Below are positions 39,601 to 53,267 of a stretch of 64,000 bases of DNA, one piece after another. Source of the DNA: Squalus acanthias (taxonomy: Eukaryota); contig CM059429.1 of the NCBI GenBank assembly GCA_030390025.1, positions 138,322,001 through 138,386,000 on the forward strand. Reading direction: 5' to 3'. The stretch's first letter is position 1, and each line of letters opens with the position of its first letter. Under the pieces are notes generated by a model, which did no database searches, was not told where the DNA came from, and saw nothing but the letters and a program-made list of their open reading frames with translations. A program made the translations under genes and the position numbers.

Positions 39601-41147
39601 CCAGCCTCTGAATTGAGTAACTATTAATCATTCAAAAAAGGGGTAAAGAAAAACGCTTGGGTTACGGTATGCAGCAAAGATGCATTTTAGAGGGAGTTAG
39701 TAAACCAATACAATTTAATGCAGCTGAGATTCTCAAATGTAGGTTGGAGAATTGGGAGGTCACCCTGCCCTCTGGCCCATTGAACAGTCTGACCCTTTTA
39801 ATCTCCATTGTAAAATAGGTTCTAGGAATAAAGATTAAGCAGTTTTTCTAATTATAAAAGTGAAATGAAATGTAGCAATCTCTACAAAAGCATAGAACTT
39901 AAATGATAAATTCATAATCAAATATGGTAAGTGTCTGAGCTTGAGTGTCAGTATAGGTTAAAGGCTATTCCTAGCTTCTTCTTCTGTAGTAGGAGTGCAC
40001 AATTATATTTTTGTGGAGTTAACTGGGCAAAGAAAAAGGAACTAGCTGAGACCCACACCAATTCTGCAAAAGAGCAATGGAGTGACATCTATTAATTAAA
40101 AACAATGCAAAGCTGAGTCCCGACATGAATGGACTGGCTTGGGAACAATGTTGTATCAGGTAACAAGAATAGGGCAGGAAATGGGAGGCAGAAACTTAGC
40201 TGATGAAAAAGCTTGTATATATTAGACCCACTGAAACATTTGGCAATACCAAGAAAAAGTACTAGAGGTCTGGGTTCAAAACTCAGTATTGGTGCACTCC
40301 ATGCCTGCGAGATTATTGGGTGAAAAATTCCACTGGATATTTTTGTACACTGTTTTAATTCTGGAATATATCTGGTACAGGTTCAACTTTGGATAATGCT
40401 GGCTCTATAAATGGATCAAGGAAACAAATTCTGACTTCACCAGTATGACGTGTAGAGTTGCCAAGCAGTGTGAAATGGCATCAGTGGTGTTTATGAACTG
40501 CAGCAATTGGCACCATAAAGGCCATGAATGAGTAAAGGAGCAATATGGGTAGCACTTAAGTCTTGGCTGAGTAAGCCGAGAAAGACATAACTGGTTCTGT
40601 GCTGGCCTTTACAAGCTGAAAGGTTATATTGCAACTTCAAAAAGCAAATTGTAATTGGGTGTCATGTGGAGCTTTAGCAAATGCACATTCTACTTTGCAG
40701 ACTGGATTGAATAATTTGAGTAGAAATGTAAAAGGGTACATTTTTAAAAGTTGGTGTTTGGGGCTTCATTGCACACCGTAGGAAAATCCTATATTCAGTA
40801 TTATTGTGGCAATGCTAGTCATGCAAGCATACTCTTTCATTATTATTTAAATGAAGGAATAATGACATGAAATTCACATTATCCCCATAACCTGCAGGGA
40901 AACTGATAACGAAGCACAAATTGCAGATGCTGCAATTTTCCAAGAGTGGAAAGAATTGGCATATTCTGTAAACTTTCACTATCTACTTTTGCAAAAAGGA
41001 GCTTTCTAAAAAATGGAAATGTAGGCAGATGTACACTGGTTATTCAAAAGGGTTCTGTAAATAGAAAACAAATGAGAACTTCTTGGTTTGGACCATTAAG
41101 TCTGGCCAAAAAGCAGCAAGGCTTCGTAATAAAGGAAATTGAAAATT

Positions 41148-41856
41148 GGCCCAGATATTCCGATCCCTACGGGTGGGTACGCGCTGTGTACCCACCCGTA
41201 GGGACATCGGAAATGCCAGTTTCAGGCATGCACAGCTCATGCGCTGAAAACCGGCATTTCCGATCTGTCAAAAATCCTCTTGACAGATCCTCCGCCTGCC
41301 CTGGAGAAGGGCCTCTGCGGGCGGATAGTTCCGCTTTTTGGAGACCCTCCGCCCGCAGAAAACCCTTACAATTCTTACGCCTGGTAAAAGCAGGCGTAAA
41401 GCCTGCTTTTACCAGGATAAGAGTTGAAAAAAAGTTTTTTTAAAAAATTTCACTGATGTATCATTTAAAAATACTTTTAAAAAAAGGTAAGTTTATTTTT
41501 AGCCCCGTAAAAAACTTTAATTTTTTTCAAAAAATTAAATTTTTGTTTAAAATATTTAATTTATTGTAATTTCAAGTCATTTGAAAAATGTGATTTTTTT
41601 AAAAAATGTATTTAAAGTTTTACTATGTTTTTGGGGTGATCTCCATTCATATATTTGACAGGTCTTCCTGTCAAGTGTATGGAGGGAGATTCCCTTCTTT
41701 GATTGGCTCTCCATGGCCCACATGATCCCAGGGATGCCTCTGGGATATGTGGGCCCTGCACACTTGGAGTTTGAGAGGCCCAGGAGCGGAAGTGTGTGCG
41801 TCCCGGGAGCCCTCGGGTAAAGGCGTAGATTTTTTCCAGATCGGAAAATACGGCCC
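41148..41856. mobile_element. Harbinger-type MITE, family B
   Basis: TIRs ggcccagatattccgatc / gatcggaaaatacggccc; flanks att/agt; internal perfect 17-bp hairpin tccctacgggtgggtac..gtacccacccgtaggga. Confidence 0.75.
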
Positions 41857-42534
41857 AGTATGTGATAGAAATGTTGTCCACACAATATAAATCCAAGACT
41901 GAATGTTTTCCTCCCAACCCCCCAAAATTAAAAAATATTCCCTCTTAAGGGAACAGCTCATAAATTCTCACCATACTCCTCCCCTTAAAAATCGTGCATT
42001 TAAATTGGAGAGTGGGTAGTTTACATCTCCTCAGTTTTTTAAAGATATGTACAATACAGAAATACAATGCAAATATCAGTGAACAGAGATTGATGATCCA
42101 AAGACATTGCACACTAGACTAATTCTAAAGCCCTGTTGCTTATGTTTCCTTATATGTTAATTTCCTATATTCCTCCCATCACACCTAAAGATGCTGAATC
42201 TTGCTGGAGTACAATTTCATGGACAGCCCTCCAGTACCTCACCCCATCCAAGTGGCCAGTCTATAAGTCTGACCCTAGATACTGATTTCCAGTAGGCTAT
42301 CTGATTGTGAGTGACATAAGATCCTGTTCTCATTGTAAAGTTCACATGCATTTCCCAACCTGAGTTACTCTGGCTATTTTTTTCCCTCTGGATCCAATTG
42401 TAGTACCCAACTGCTTCTCCTAGTGATCAGCTAATTCAGTACACACCAGTAATCGAACCTGGGACCTTTCTTGTCTGGTTCATTTCCATTTGAGATATAG
42501 TTCACTTACCAGCTGAGGGAAGCTGTCTTGTTCA

Positions 42535-42860
42535 TAGAATCATACAGCACAGAAGAAGGCTATATGGCCCATCGTGCCTGTGTTGGCTCTTTGAAAGTGC
42601 TATTGAATTCGTCCCACTATCCTGCTCTTTCCCCATAGCCCTTCAAATCTTTCCTTTTCAAGTATATTTCCAATTCACTTTTGAAAGTTACTACTGAATC
42701 TGCTTCCACCACCCTTTTAGGCAGTAAATTCCAGAATATAACTTGCTGCATAAAAAAAAAATTCAACTCCCCTCTAGTTTTTTGCCAATTATCTTAAATC
42801 TGCTTACCTCCTGCCAGTGGAAACAGTTTCTCATTATTTATTCTATCAAAACCCCTCATT
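42535..42860 (-). mobile_element. CR1 3' fragment
   Basis: catagaatcatacagcacagaa...ggcccatcgtgcctgtg CR1 tail read on - strand. Confidence 0.7.
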
Positions 42861-45589
42861 TTAAATGTTACATACATTTGGGATGGGGTGTGGAGGGAGG
42901 GTAGGCATGTCAAATGAACTGGTTGAGAGATTTTAGGTGTTTGCTAAAGTTACAATCAGATCATTCATACTAGCGTGATTCCAGTGTGTCCAAATTCCTT
43001 GCTGGACAGAATGAAAAAGAGCCATTCAAATAGTATTCCTACCTTTGAATCCACTTTATTATAAGGTATTTTCAACTGATTCCTCAATCTCCCAGTTCTC
43101 ACATCATTTATCATTCTGGAATACAACCTGAGGGATTAGCCTGAGTCTGTTCAACTGGAGAGATGCAGCAAATCTCACTTTAATCCTCTCCCTTCATCTG
43201 TTTTTTTTTGCAAATTTGAATTTCAAATAGGGAATGGGTTACATGTTAAAACCCATGCAAAATAATAATTAACTGCTTCCTTATTGAAGTTAGTCAAATT
43301 CAAATTAAACAACTTGACCTGTATTGAAAACAGATGCCTCATAAATATATCTGTTGGTGTTAGTTACCTATGGTAGTAAATGTGTTATTTTATATACTTA
43401 AATAAAACTGCACCTTTTTATCTGCTTATTAGGGTGCACATAAAATTTAATGCTCAAACGATATTTTGTTGGTGTAGATATTTCTGCTGAAGGCTAAATA
43501 ACACATGAGTGAACATAAGCTGTTATGGCATTTTAGTATAACTTACAATACAGCTTAGTTATCAATTCTTATTTTATTGCCCTTAACAGTATATGTACTA
43601 AAGTTGAACAGTCACTAGAGAGGGTAGACATGAACCTGATATCGAATAACCTGAATTATGCATACCATTTGTCATCAGATCTGGGGGTAAAGATGGGTGT
43701 TGAAACAAAATGAAATAAATCACATAGGTTTTTTGGGCTTTTTTTTAAACTTTCAGTTCCCGAAATGAAAGTTTCCAAATATGTATCAGTTAGATTGGGG
43801 GGGGCGGTTGGCGGACAAGGGACCGATACAAGTTCAAATATAATAGACCATGTTTCTAAGGATTGATTTGACTATTATATCTGGCTGATCACTATATGTG
43901 AGGCTATCTTTTGCGATTCCACTTGCAAGTGTTACAATTCCACAAAAAGATTTCAATCTCAGTCTATAACCGCTGGTGAATAGGACAAGTTGTTAAGTGT
44001 AATAGCAGCTAGTTATTTCACTTTCAAAAACAGCTGCTTCACTCGCGAGCATCTTGAACCTGTTCCTTAAAAGTGCTGTTGAGCAGAGCTTGTCGTGAAT
44101 TTAGTTGGTTATTGCACATGGGGCAACACATTCCACTCTCCAAATAGCAAAGCGCCTTTCTCCAAACTTCCTCAGTGGTCAGGTGGTTGATCAGAACATC
44201 AGGGAGTAAATGTTTATCTTCACCACGTGGGCGGTAATCTGGTGGCGTGGAATGCCCCCACCATTATAGAACCCATCAACGGAATGAAATTCAGGTGGGT
44301 TGTACATAGGGCGGGTGATCCGCTCCATCAGATTACCGCCCATGTGAATACCGTGAATATGAAAATTTACCCCATAGTTTCAGGACAGGGAAAACTGAAA
44401 TTCTGTCCTGTGCTGAAACAATAGTGTAATTAGAAGTACAATTAAGCAATTTTATCAAACACAACGACGTTGACCATTATAAATGTAGCCACACAGATAC
44501 ATATGGGTTGTGGATTTGCAAAAGACACAACAATCATTACAAGAATGATCATTTGTCACTAAAACTGGATCGACTGTACTTCAGGTGGTCAGGTGTTGGC
44601 ACTCTAGCTTCTCCAGTGGAGTGTGTTGTAACTTCTAGCTTGTGATGTAGCTGAAAATGTTTCCTTGAAGAAAGTGTTGTGCATTAATTCTAATTTATTC
44701 TGCTTCATTCAGAATTTCTCAAAGCTTTGTAAGGTTGCCAGATGACCAGTCAAAAGTTGTGCCAGTCTTTGGCACAATGACATCAAACCATTTGATTTAT
44801 TTGGTAAATTTGTATTGTCTTCACCTAACAAGATTGTTGCACTTTGTAACTATAGTGATGACATTTTCTCAAAATGATTTTAAAGAGTCCCTGCACTGCC
44901 TACTGGTAGAGGTGTTATACAAGAAGAGGCCCTTCTGGTTTGAAGTCTTACTGCTAACTGGGAAAATTGTTGTGAGGTGAATGTATAACATGCTTTACAA
45001 TATTAAAATGAACTAAAGAATAACAATGTCACACAACCAGCCTGATGCATGAGCTTCTTGCTGGGCAAGCATCTCTTTTGTCATGTCTGGCTACACAGTT
45101 AACCTGATTTTAAATTTGACATTGCGAGGTGGGAGCCTTTACTCCAAACCATGATCACAGTAAACAATTCCATACTGTTTGCACTGTAATATTTACTGAC
45201 GGTAATCTAGAGCTCCTGTAATAAATCAGCACTTCAATTGGAGCATAAACATAGCTTAAGATGTTGGGATATTCCCAGTTTCTCATTGTTTGGACGGATG
45301 TCCTATTTTAGATATTTTCTATGTATCAATAGTGCATGATACTGCAGAATTTCATTTGTGATGTGAGTGTTTTAATGTAAATTTTAAAATGTGATGTGCT
45401 TTGTTTGAAATCTCTTGTCATTTTGTTGTTAATAAAATGATGGGTCTTGAAAAGATCTTTGTGTTGCAGGTCAGTACTTGGACCAGACTGCTGTGATTAT
45501 GAACCTTTCAATTTTTTTCTTCGGATTCTGCTGGGATGGTTCATGGACACTAGCTGCTCTCTGTTCTCTCACCCAAATAGTCATTTTTT

Positions 45590-45992
45590 TCTTGCACACA
45601 GCAAGGGTCGACAAATAGCAATGAGATAAATGACCAGATAATCTGTTTTGGTGGTGTCAGTTGAGGGATAAATATTGGTCAAGACACTGGGAGAACTCCC
45701 TGGTCTTCAAATAGTGACACGGGATCTTTTACGTCCACCTGAGAGACCAGATAGGGCCTCAGTTTAACATCTCATCTGAAAGCTGACGAGATCTTTTACG
45801 TCCACCTGAGAGAGCAGATAGGGCCTCAGTTTAACATCTCATCTGAAAGCTGGCATCTCTGACAGTGCAGCACTCCCTCAGTATTGCACTGAAGTGTCAA
45901 GTCTAGATTATGTGCTTAAATCTCTTAAATGGGGTTTGAACCACTAACTTCTGACTCAGTTAAGAGTGCTACCACTGAGGCAAGGCTGACAC
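45590..45992 (-). mobile_element. SacSINE1-type SINE with internal tandem duplication (~67-bp period)
   Basis: Homologous to 11046-11400; 45723-45785 is repeated at 45790-45852. Confidence 0.8.
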
Positions 45993-46199
45993 CTACAAGA
46001 GGTCTGAGAGAGGTTAAATACCTGCCCTGTTTCTGTAGGGCAGATAGGGTTAAAATCACCATCAAAGTAGCAGCTTTAGGCAGAAGGCCTTTGGTCCATC
46101 TCGTCCACCTAGCCACAGAATTCCCTTGGTGCATTTCTAATAACCTTGAATCCCATTTGTTGACACAAACCTGTTTACTTGCTTCTTCAAAGTCATTAA

Positions 46200-47950
46200 G
46201 ATTTTTAAAAATTCATTCACGGGAAATGGGCATCACTGGCAAATCAGACATTTATTGCCCAACCCTAGTTGCCCTTGAGAAGGTGTTGGTGGGCCTCCTT
46301 GAACTGCTGCAGTCTTTGTGGTAAAGATAGTTCTACAATGCAGTTCGGTAGGAATTTCCAGGATCTTGACCCAGCAATGATGAAGGAACGGCGATATCTG
46401 TCCAAGTCGGAATTGTGTGTGACTTGGATGATGGTGTTCCCATGCATCTGCTGTCCTTGTCCATCTAGGTGGTGGAGATTGCGGGTTTGGGAGGTGCTGG
46501 CGAAGAAGTCTTGGTGGCTTGCTGCAGTGCATCCTGTAGATATTACACAACCAGTGACAGTAAGCTGATGGTGGAGGGAGTGGATGCTTAAGTTGGTGGA
46601 TGGGGTGCTGATCATGTGGACTCTTTTGTCCTGGATGGTGTCGAGCTTCTTGAATGTTGTTGCAGCTTCACCCATCCAGGCAAATGGAGAGTATTCCATC
46701 ATACTCCTGACTCATGCCTTGTAGGTAGTGGAGAGGCTTTGGGGAGTCAGGTGAGCAATTTGTTGCAAAATACCCAGTTTATGACCTGCTCTAGTAGTGA
46801 CTGCATTTATGTGGCTGGTCCAGTTGAGTCTCTGGTCAATGGTGACCCCCCAGGAAGTTGATGGTGGGGGATTCAACTATGTTAATTCCATTGAATGTCA
46901 AAGGGTTAGACTTTCTCTTGTTGGGGATGGTCATTGCCTGGCCCTTGTGTGGCATAAAAGTTAGTTGCCACTTATCAGCCCAAGCCTGGATGTTGTCCAG
47001 GTCTTGCTGCATGCGGGCATGAACTGCTTCATTATCTGAGGAATTGCAAATTGAGCTGCTGAACACTGCAATCATCATGCAAGTAGCCCCACTTCTGACC
47101 TTATCATGGATAAAACAGCTGAAGATGGTTGGGCCTAGAACATTGCACAGAGGAACTCCTGCAGCAATGTCCTGGGATTGAGATGAATTGCTTCCAACAA
47201 CCACAACTATCTACCTTTGACAGTTATGACTCCAGCCACTGGTGAGTATTCCCCCTAATCCCCATTGACTTCAGTTTTACTAGGGCTCCTTGGTGCCACA
47301 ATCGGTCAAATGCTGCCTTGATGTCAAGGGCAATCACTCTTACCTCGCCTCTGGAATTCAGCTCTTTTGTCCATATTTGGACCATGGCTGTAATGAGGTC
47401 TGGAGCTGAGTGGTCCTGGCGGAACCCAAACTGAGCATCGGTGAGTGTGTCATTGGTCAGAAAGTGCCACTTGATAGCACTGGTGACAACTCCTTCCATT
47501 ACTTTGCTGATGATTGGGAGTTGGCTGATAATGCAATAATTGGCCAGGTTAGATTTGCCATGCTTTTTGTGGACAGGACATGCCTGACCAATTTTCCACA
47601 CTGTCGGGTAGATGTCAGTGTTGTAGTTGGAGTGGAACAGCTTGGCGAGACGCATGGTTAGTTCTGGAGCACAACTCTTCAGCACTACAGCCGGATGTTG
47701 TCAGGGCGTGTAGCCTTTGCTGTGCCCAGTACACTCAGCCGTTTCTTGATATCACGTGGAGTGAATCGAATTGGCTGAAGACTGGCATCTGTGATGGTGG
47801 GGACCTCAGGAGGAGGCAGTGAATGTTTATTCACCCAGCACTTCTGGCTAAAGATGGTTGCGACTGCTTCAGCTTTATCTTTTGCACTCACACTGGGCTC
47901 CGCCATCACTGAGGATGCAGATGTCCATGGACCACTCTCCACCCATTAGC
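46200..47950 (-). mobile_element. Second, more decayed copy of the LINE at 790-3360
   Basis: ORFs 47224..47685, 46836..47204 and 46265..46702 align by eye with ORFs 1385..2290 and 996..1379 (e.g. QFGFRQDHSAPDLITA, LDIKAAFDR). Confidence 0.9.
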
Positions 47951-49189
47951 TGCTCGTCTCAGTAAGGAGAATTTTTTTTTAATTGCAAAAAAATTCTATA
48001 AAGCCACAGAAATGGTTAACATTTATGGTATAAATTTACGCTCCTTTTAGAACTGGCATAAGTGCAGGAAACTCTCATTCTATTCTCTGATCTTCTGTGA
48101 GGGGACAGAGCTATGTTAATGAACTAAGTGGGGTTTCGGCAGAGGTAACTTGGGAGCAATGCAAATGATCAAAAGAAATTTGCGAGTAGCAGTGATTCAG
48201 TGTAAAACTGGTGTAAATCAGTTACGTGCAAATTTCCTCACGAAAAAAAAGGGTGCAACTCGGCTCTTATGTTGTAGTTACACGGATACCTCCCAGGAAT
48301 TTCCAAAACAAGGAATCAAATAAAAGAATGGGATTGTTTTGAGACTGTAAAAGACAGTAAATATAATAATTACTTGTAAATCTTCAGTCAGTTTGAGTAA
48401 TGGAAATTAAAATTGTTTTCACATTCCAAAAACCTGCTCATTTTGCTTTATATTGGTCACTTGTAATATGGACTGTCACTTCAGAACAGCAGAAGGGTAT
48501 CAAAAGAATTATCTAGACAGGGTGCCTGCTGTTACTGCTTAAAGCCTCTTTAAAACCCAAGCTCCCTTCCAAATTCTTTTCTATGAAAGCCTGTTTTGTA
48601 ATTGTATAAAAATGCAGGACATTCTGGTTTGAGTACCTGGTTTAGTAATCTATACATTTTGAGGAAAATTAAAGTATATTAATTGTTCCTCCTGTGCAAA
48701 TACTTGTCTAGTTAATTTAAATTAGCAACTTAATACTTTACTTTCATTATGATTTTGTAGGAGAGGATTCAAAACCAATATAATTTAATATATCCAGTGT
48801 TTAGTATGGAAGGGAGAGGATAGCAATACTCTCTCTGCATGCATCGCTGACTATAAATGAGAGCTTTAAGCTGCTTTAATCCATTTTCTAGCTGCTAGCT
48901 CAAGAATGGCAGTAGCAGAGACCTGGGAGCAGGTCGGGAGCGAGGTGAGTTGGAAACTTACTCACTGCTCCAGAAATGAGGCCCGGTCTATTTTAACTCC
49001 CCGGCCCCATTTAAATCCCACCAGCTGACTGGTTATGCAGAAACAAACGGCAATGGATAACTGCAACTCTTTAGATTAATATTCATTCTACAATATAAAA
49101 TGGATAGCCAATCTTCTACAATGGCAGATATATTTGTGATTAAATGAGATTGTTTTGGTCACTGAAACCAATTTACACCTTACCCAAAA

Positions 49190-49617
49190 TAACAACAGAA
49201 AACGCTGGAAAAACTCAGCAGGCCAGACAACATCCGTGGAGAGAGAAAGAGAGTTAACGTTTCAGGTCGATGACCTTTCGTCAGAACTGGAAAGAGCCGG
49301 AAATCAAATAGATTTAAGGCCAGGATAAAGCTGGGAAAAGGGGGAGGGGATAAAGGAACAAAAGGGGAGATAAAGAGACATTAAGAGATATGAAAGGCAA
49401 GAGGTGGTGTTGATGTGACAGGTTAAGGCTGAAAGAAGTGTGAAATCCACTGGCAGAATGAAGGACAGCTGCCAGCTTCTAGGAGAGAAAAAAAAAGTGG
49501 GGGGGGGGCAAATAAAAGGGTGGATGAAAAAATAAAATATAAATGTGATTGGAGCTGAGGTTATGATCTAAAATTGTTGAACTCAATATTGAGTCCAGAG
49601 GGCTGTAGCGTGCCTAC
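49190..49617 (-). mobile_element. Penelope-like element 3' fragment
   Basis: 49560-49617 is the reverse complement of the ORF end (GTLQPSGLNIEFNNFRS) seen at ~7910-7966; terminal repeat at 49190-49290. Confidence 0.8.
49252..49288 (-). ncRNA. Minimal hammerhead ribozyme motif, second Penelope family, intact core
   Basis: Minus strand agtt-CTGACGA-a-aggtc-atc-gacct-GAAA-cg-tt-aact; palindromic ACGT in place of stem III. Confidence 0.72.
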
Positions 49618-51612
49618 ACCTTACCCATCCCACTGTGCTTGCCTCAGAACCATGGAACCTTGTGAGTCCCCACAGCCAGCTTGTCTGAGTTCGGAAGTGA
49701 TGACTTTTCTGTTCCGAAATACTTTATGCACAGTGTATATTGACACCACTGTGTCAGCCAATGAGTTGGAGGAGGGGCGGGACTTATGGCAGGACTTGCA
49801 GCAAACAGTCTATTTTACAGCAAACAAAGTCTACTTAGAGTCTATTTAAAAAGAGTCTCTACAAACTACAGCAAACAGAACTCAGCAACATCTCCCAATA
49901 AAAGCACGGTGATTTCTCCAGCAAAATGCAGTGAGTGGAGGATAATTACATAAAACAAATGATGTGCATAAAATCAATCCCAGTCACTTACAGCAGTGCG
50001 ATCTCCAGGCGCGATTGACGGGGGAATTACCCAATCATCTCCATGCTGGACGGGAATAATGGTGTCACTATATGCAGCCTATTTTATGTGGCCTTGGGTG
50101 TTAACCCCTGACATGCTATTTCTAGCCACACAAAGCACGAGTTACATTTTAAACAGACAAAAAGTACAATTTGTCACACTAATCATCCTGGCCGCTGGCC
50201 TTAGCGAATCCACAATTTCAGTCACACAAGACCGAAATGCAGGGGCCAGCACCATTCAGACAGGTCTTGTGTAATATAAAAACAGCTCCAGACTCTACCA
50301 AGTCCATGCCACTCCCTACCACCCCTCCCCGATTATGTTCAATCTTCCAGTAGCTACAACAGTCTGTTTCATTGATGTATTAAATAAATTAATATCTGGA
50401 TAACAAACAAAAATATTTACCAGTTTCTTAAACATTAATCATTTTTCTGAACGTACCAACCCACAAACCGTGCATGCTGCCCTTTTTTCCATCTGGCATA
50501 CATTTTAATACAACAAAAGAATCAAGGGAATTAAGCTATCCTCTTCTATAAACTCTAACCTTCCTTGTTTGCACAGTGTGTGATGCTACTCATCATTAAA
50601 ATGATTACTTTGGAGTTGACAGGGTTTAAGAATAACCCCTGTAATTATTGGGCATGGATGAAAAAAGTGGCAAAAGTGAGAGGGTTTTGATGAAAGAAAG
50701 TGTCAAACTGAACTGTATGAAGGGCTGTCTCACTGCAGGAATCTGTGAGAATGAGATCAAATGCAAACCTCCGCCTGGGAAACTCGAGGGAGTCTGCTGC
50801 TTTTGCAAACTGTGCCTCTCCCCCCGAGCATTGTTAAACATTACATTCAGGGTAATAACAGGATAATGATACAGGATGAAAATGATACAAGCTGCTTATA
50901 CCAAACACAAAGGCAATGTGTTAACCATTTAGAGCTCTATCAAAAAAAAACTGTGTGATTGTTAATTTACTCCAAATGGTTCCTGGGGCGGTCTCAATAG
51001 TGCAGCAATTTACTTTTAAAAAAACGCTACAGTTGCTAAATGTAGCAATAAGCCACATATATCAATGAATGGGGATACTGGAAGGGTGATGTCTGGTCAG
51101 TACTGAGTTCATTGATTTTAGCCAGAACAGAAGTTAAAGCACTATAATCTCCTCAGTGTGCTCAAACTAGGCAGAAAAAGAAAATCGGACTACTCCTAAT
51201 TGGCCATCCAGTAACTCCTGTGGGAAGGATGGTGTGTATGGATGTTGAGTGATGACAGCATTGGACTTGACATTGATGATGTTAAGCTTGAATAGTCTGC
51301 GGACTAGCTGGATGAGATACTGAAGGGATAACTTTTCCCCATGGAACCATACCCAGCAAGGGCCAGTGCTTTCAAGAGAAACTTGACAATTTCTCATAAA
51401 AAGTGGTAGAGTGGCAGTATAAAAACCTAGTGCTCAGACCGGTGTCACTTTCCCTACATCAACGCCGGGAATTTCCTTGGGGGGGGGTTCTTCAATTTTC
51501 AGCTATTATTGCCAGTTTCCGTTGAAAGGAGAAACAAGTAGGAGGAAGAGGAGCAGCAGCCAACGCCAGCAGCAGCTGCTCCTATTAGAAGACAGCAGCT
51601 GAGGGGGCTGCT

Positions 51613-51801
51613 TGTAGAAGGCCATACCCAGCACACAGGGTGTACAAGCCAAGAGTCAGTTTCTTGGATCCATCCAAAGAGCAGTAAATCAGGATGCTGT
51701 GCTTCTCCAAAAAGGCTGTTGCAGACTTCTGCAGCCTCTTGCGACAGGACCTGCTGCTTGCTGGACCACGGGGCCATGCTTTGCCAGTGGCTTTCAATGT
51801 C
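51613..51801 (+). pseudogene. HARBI1-like PIF/Harbinger transposase N-terminal relic
   Basis: Frame from 51613 reads CRRPYPAHRVYKPRVSFLDPSKEQ*IRMLCFSKKAVADFCSLLRQDLLLAGPRGHALPVAFNV, typical of the Harbinger transposase N-terminus; one in-frame stop. Confidence 0.75.
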
Positions 51802-52313
51802 TAATGCTGAAATGCTTTAGGGCAGGAACCTAAAGACAGGAACTGGCTGGTGATCGGTAAAGCGGTGCAAGGGGTATCTGGAACGCGGAAAAGAGGCTGT
51901 GGATGGATCGGGAGGAGGTTCATAGGCAGAAACATGGTGGGAATTAGGGCCTAATGGCTTAAAAGGGGCCAACGGTAGTTTCTCTTAGAAGTCCACCCCA
52001 AGACTGTTAGCCACCACTTCCCACAATACTGCCAGATGTCAGCAACCCATAATAATGCCTGACTCTGCCCCCCCACCCCTCAATGCTCCAACCCCCTCCT
52101 CTGTCTTGCTTCACCCCAGACACCTCTTCTCCAGATTCCGACTGCTTTACCCTCCAGTACTCAAAAACCTCTAGACCAGGGGCTGGCAACCTTTTTGCTT
52201 CCGAGGCCCCCCTGTAACACAAGTATTTTTTCTGTATAAAAATTACTTATTAGTTATTAATAGCTCTATTACACCTTACGTAAAGAAGAATTTATTAAGT
52301 CTTAAATTTACAT

Positions 52314-52492
52314 AAGCAAAATACTGCAGATGCTGGAAATCTGAGATAAAAACAGAAAATACTGGAACTAATCTGCAGGTCAGGCAGCATCTGTGGAGCG
52401 AGAAAGGTCTTCGACCTGAAACGTTAACTCTGTTTCTCTCTCCACAAATGCTGCCTGACCTGCTGAGTATTTCCAGCATTTTCTGTTTTTAT
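52314..52492. mobile_element. Penelope terminal-repeat fragment in inverted arrangement
   Basis: Two inverted copies of ctgctgagtatttccagcattttctgttttt flanking a partial hammerhead (gacctGAAAcgttaac). Confidence 0.8.
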
Positions 52493-53267
52493 CCTAAATT
52501 TAGTTTATGTGCCCATTTGCTGCCCAAGGTCTGCTCCGCCCCATCAACCATTTGCTTAACAGGAAATGAACCAGTGCTCACTACAGGCTCGTTGTGTGCG
52601 CACTCGGTCGGACTGGACTAAAATTCCAAGTCCACGTCCTCCATTTTGGAAACAGAACTTCCCTCTTATTCTGATGCCAAACTCCAACATGACGGTGAAA
52701 GCCAGCAACTTGAATTAACAGCACCAGTAATGGGGGAGGTGGATGGCACTTGAGAGAAATAAACAGGGCACTGAGCGACTTTACCCAACCGACCTCATCG
52801 CCATAAATCCTTTACTGACAAAGGCAGCCCCCCTCTTTCCTCCTCCCCAACCCTTTCACAAATAGCCGGTGGTATCTTAAAGGACACGAGCGCCCAGACT
52901 AGGCCTATCCGTCCGTCAGAGAAGCACATGGCCATGAATATAAAGCTCCGAGTTTGATTCTCCGTAATATTTAATGTTTGAGAGTTGTTGGTTACATAGA
53001 ATTTACAGCACAGAAACAGGCCATTCGTCCCATCTGGTCCACATGAGCCTCCTCCCACCCTACTTCATCTAATCCTATCTGCATATTCTTCTATTCCTTT
53101 CTCCCTCATGTACTTATTGAGTTCCCCTTTAAATGCATCTATGCTATTCATGAGGAAAATCGTGATAACGCCTTCAGCTATTTTATTAACTCAGACTGAA
53201 GACATTGAAGGAGAGAGTCACATCGGATCCCGATTATTACGACCTTGCCGCAGGCCCAGAAGTCTCT

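Larger units (their letters stand above)
36650..45450 (+). other. IGSF3: Candidate long 3' UTR of IGSF3 (end uncertain)
   Basis: Repeat-poor AT-rich sequence after the stop; AATAAA at 37308, 39827, 43401, 45220 and 45431, the last preceded by UGUA/U-rich sequence typical of UTR ends. Confidence 0.35.

Noticed and set aside
51400-51610. TATA-like and NF-kB-like motifs (gggaatttcc) suggesting a promoter
   Set aside because: They adjoin the Harbinger transposase relic, no host exon follows, and short motifs alone are not sufficient evidence.
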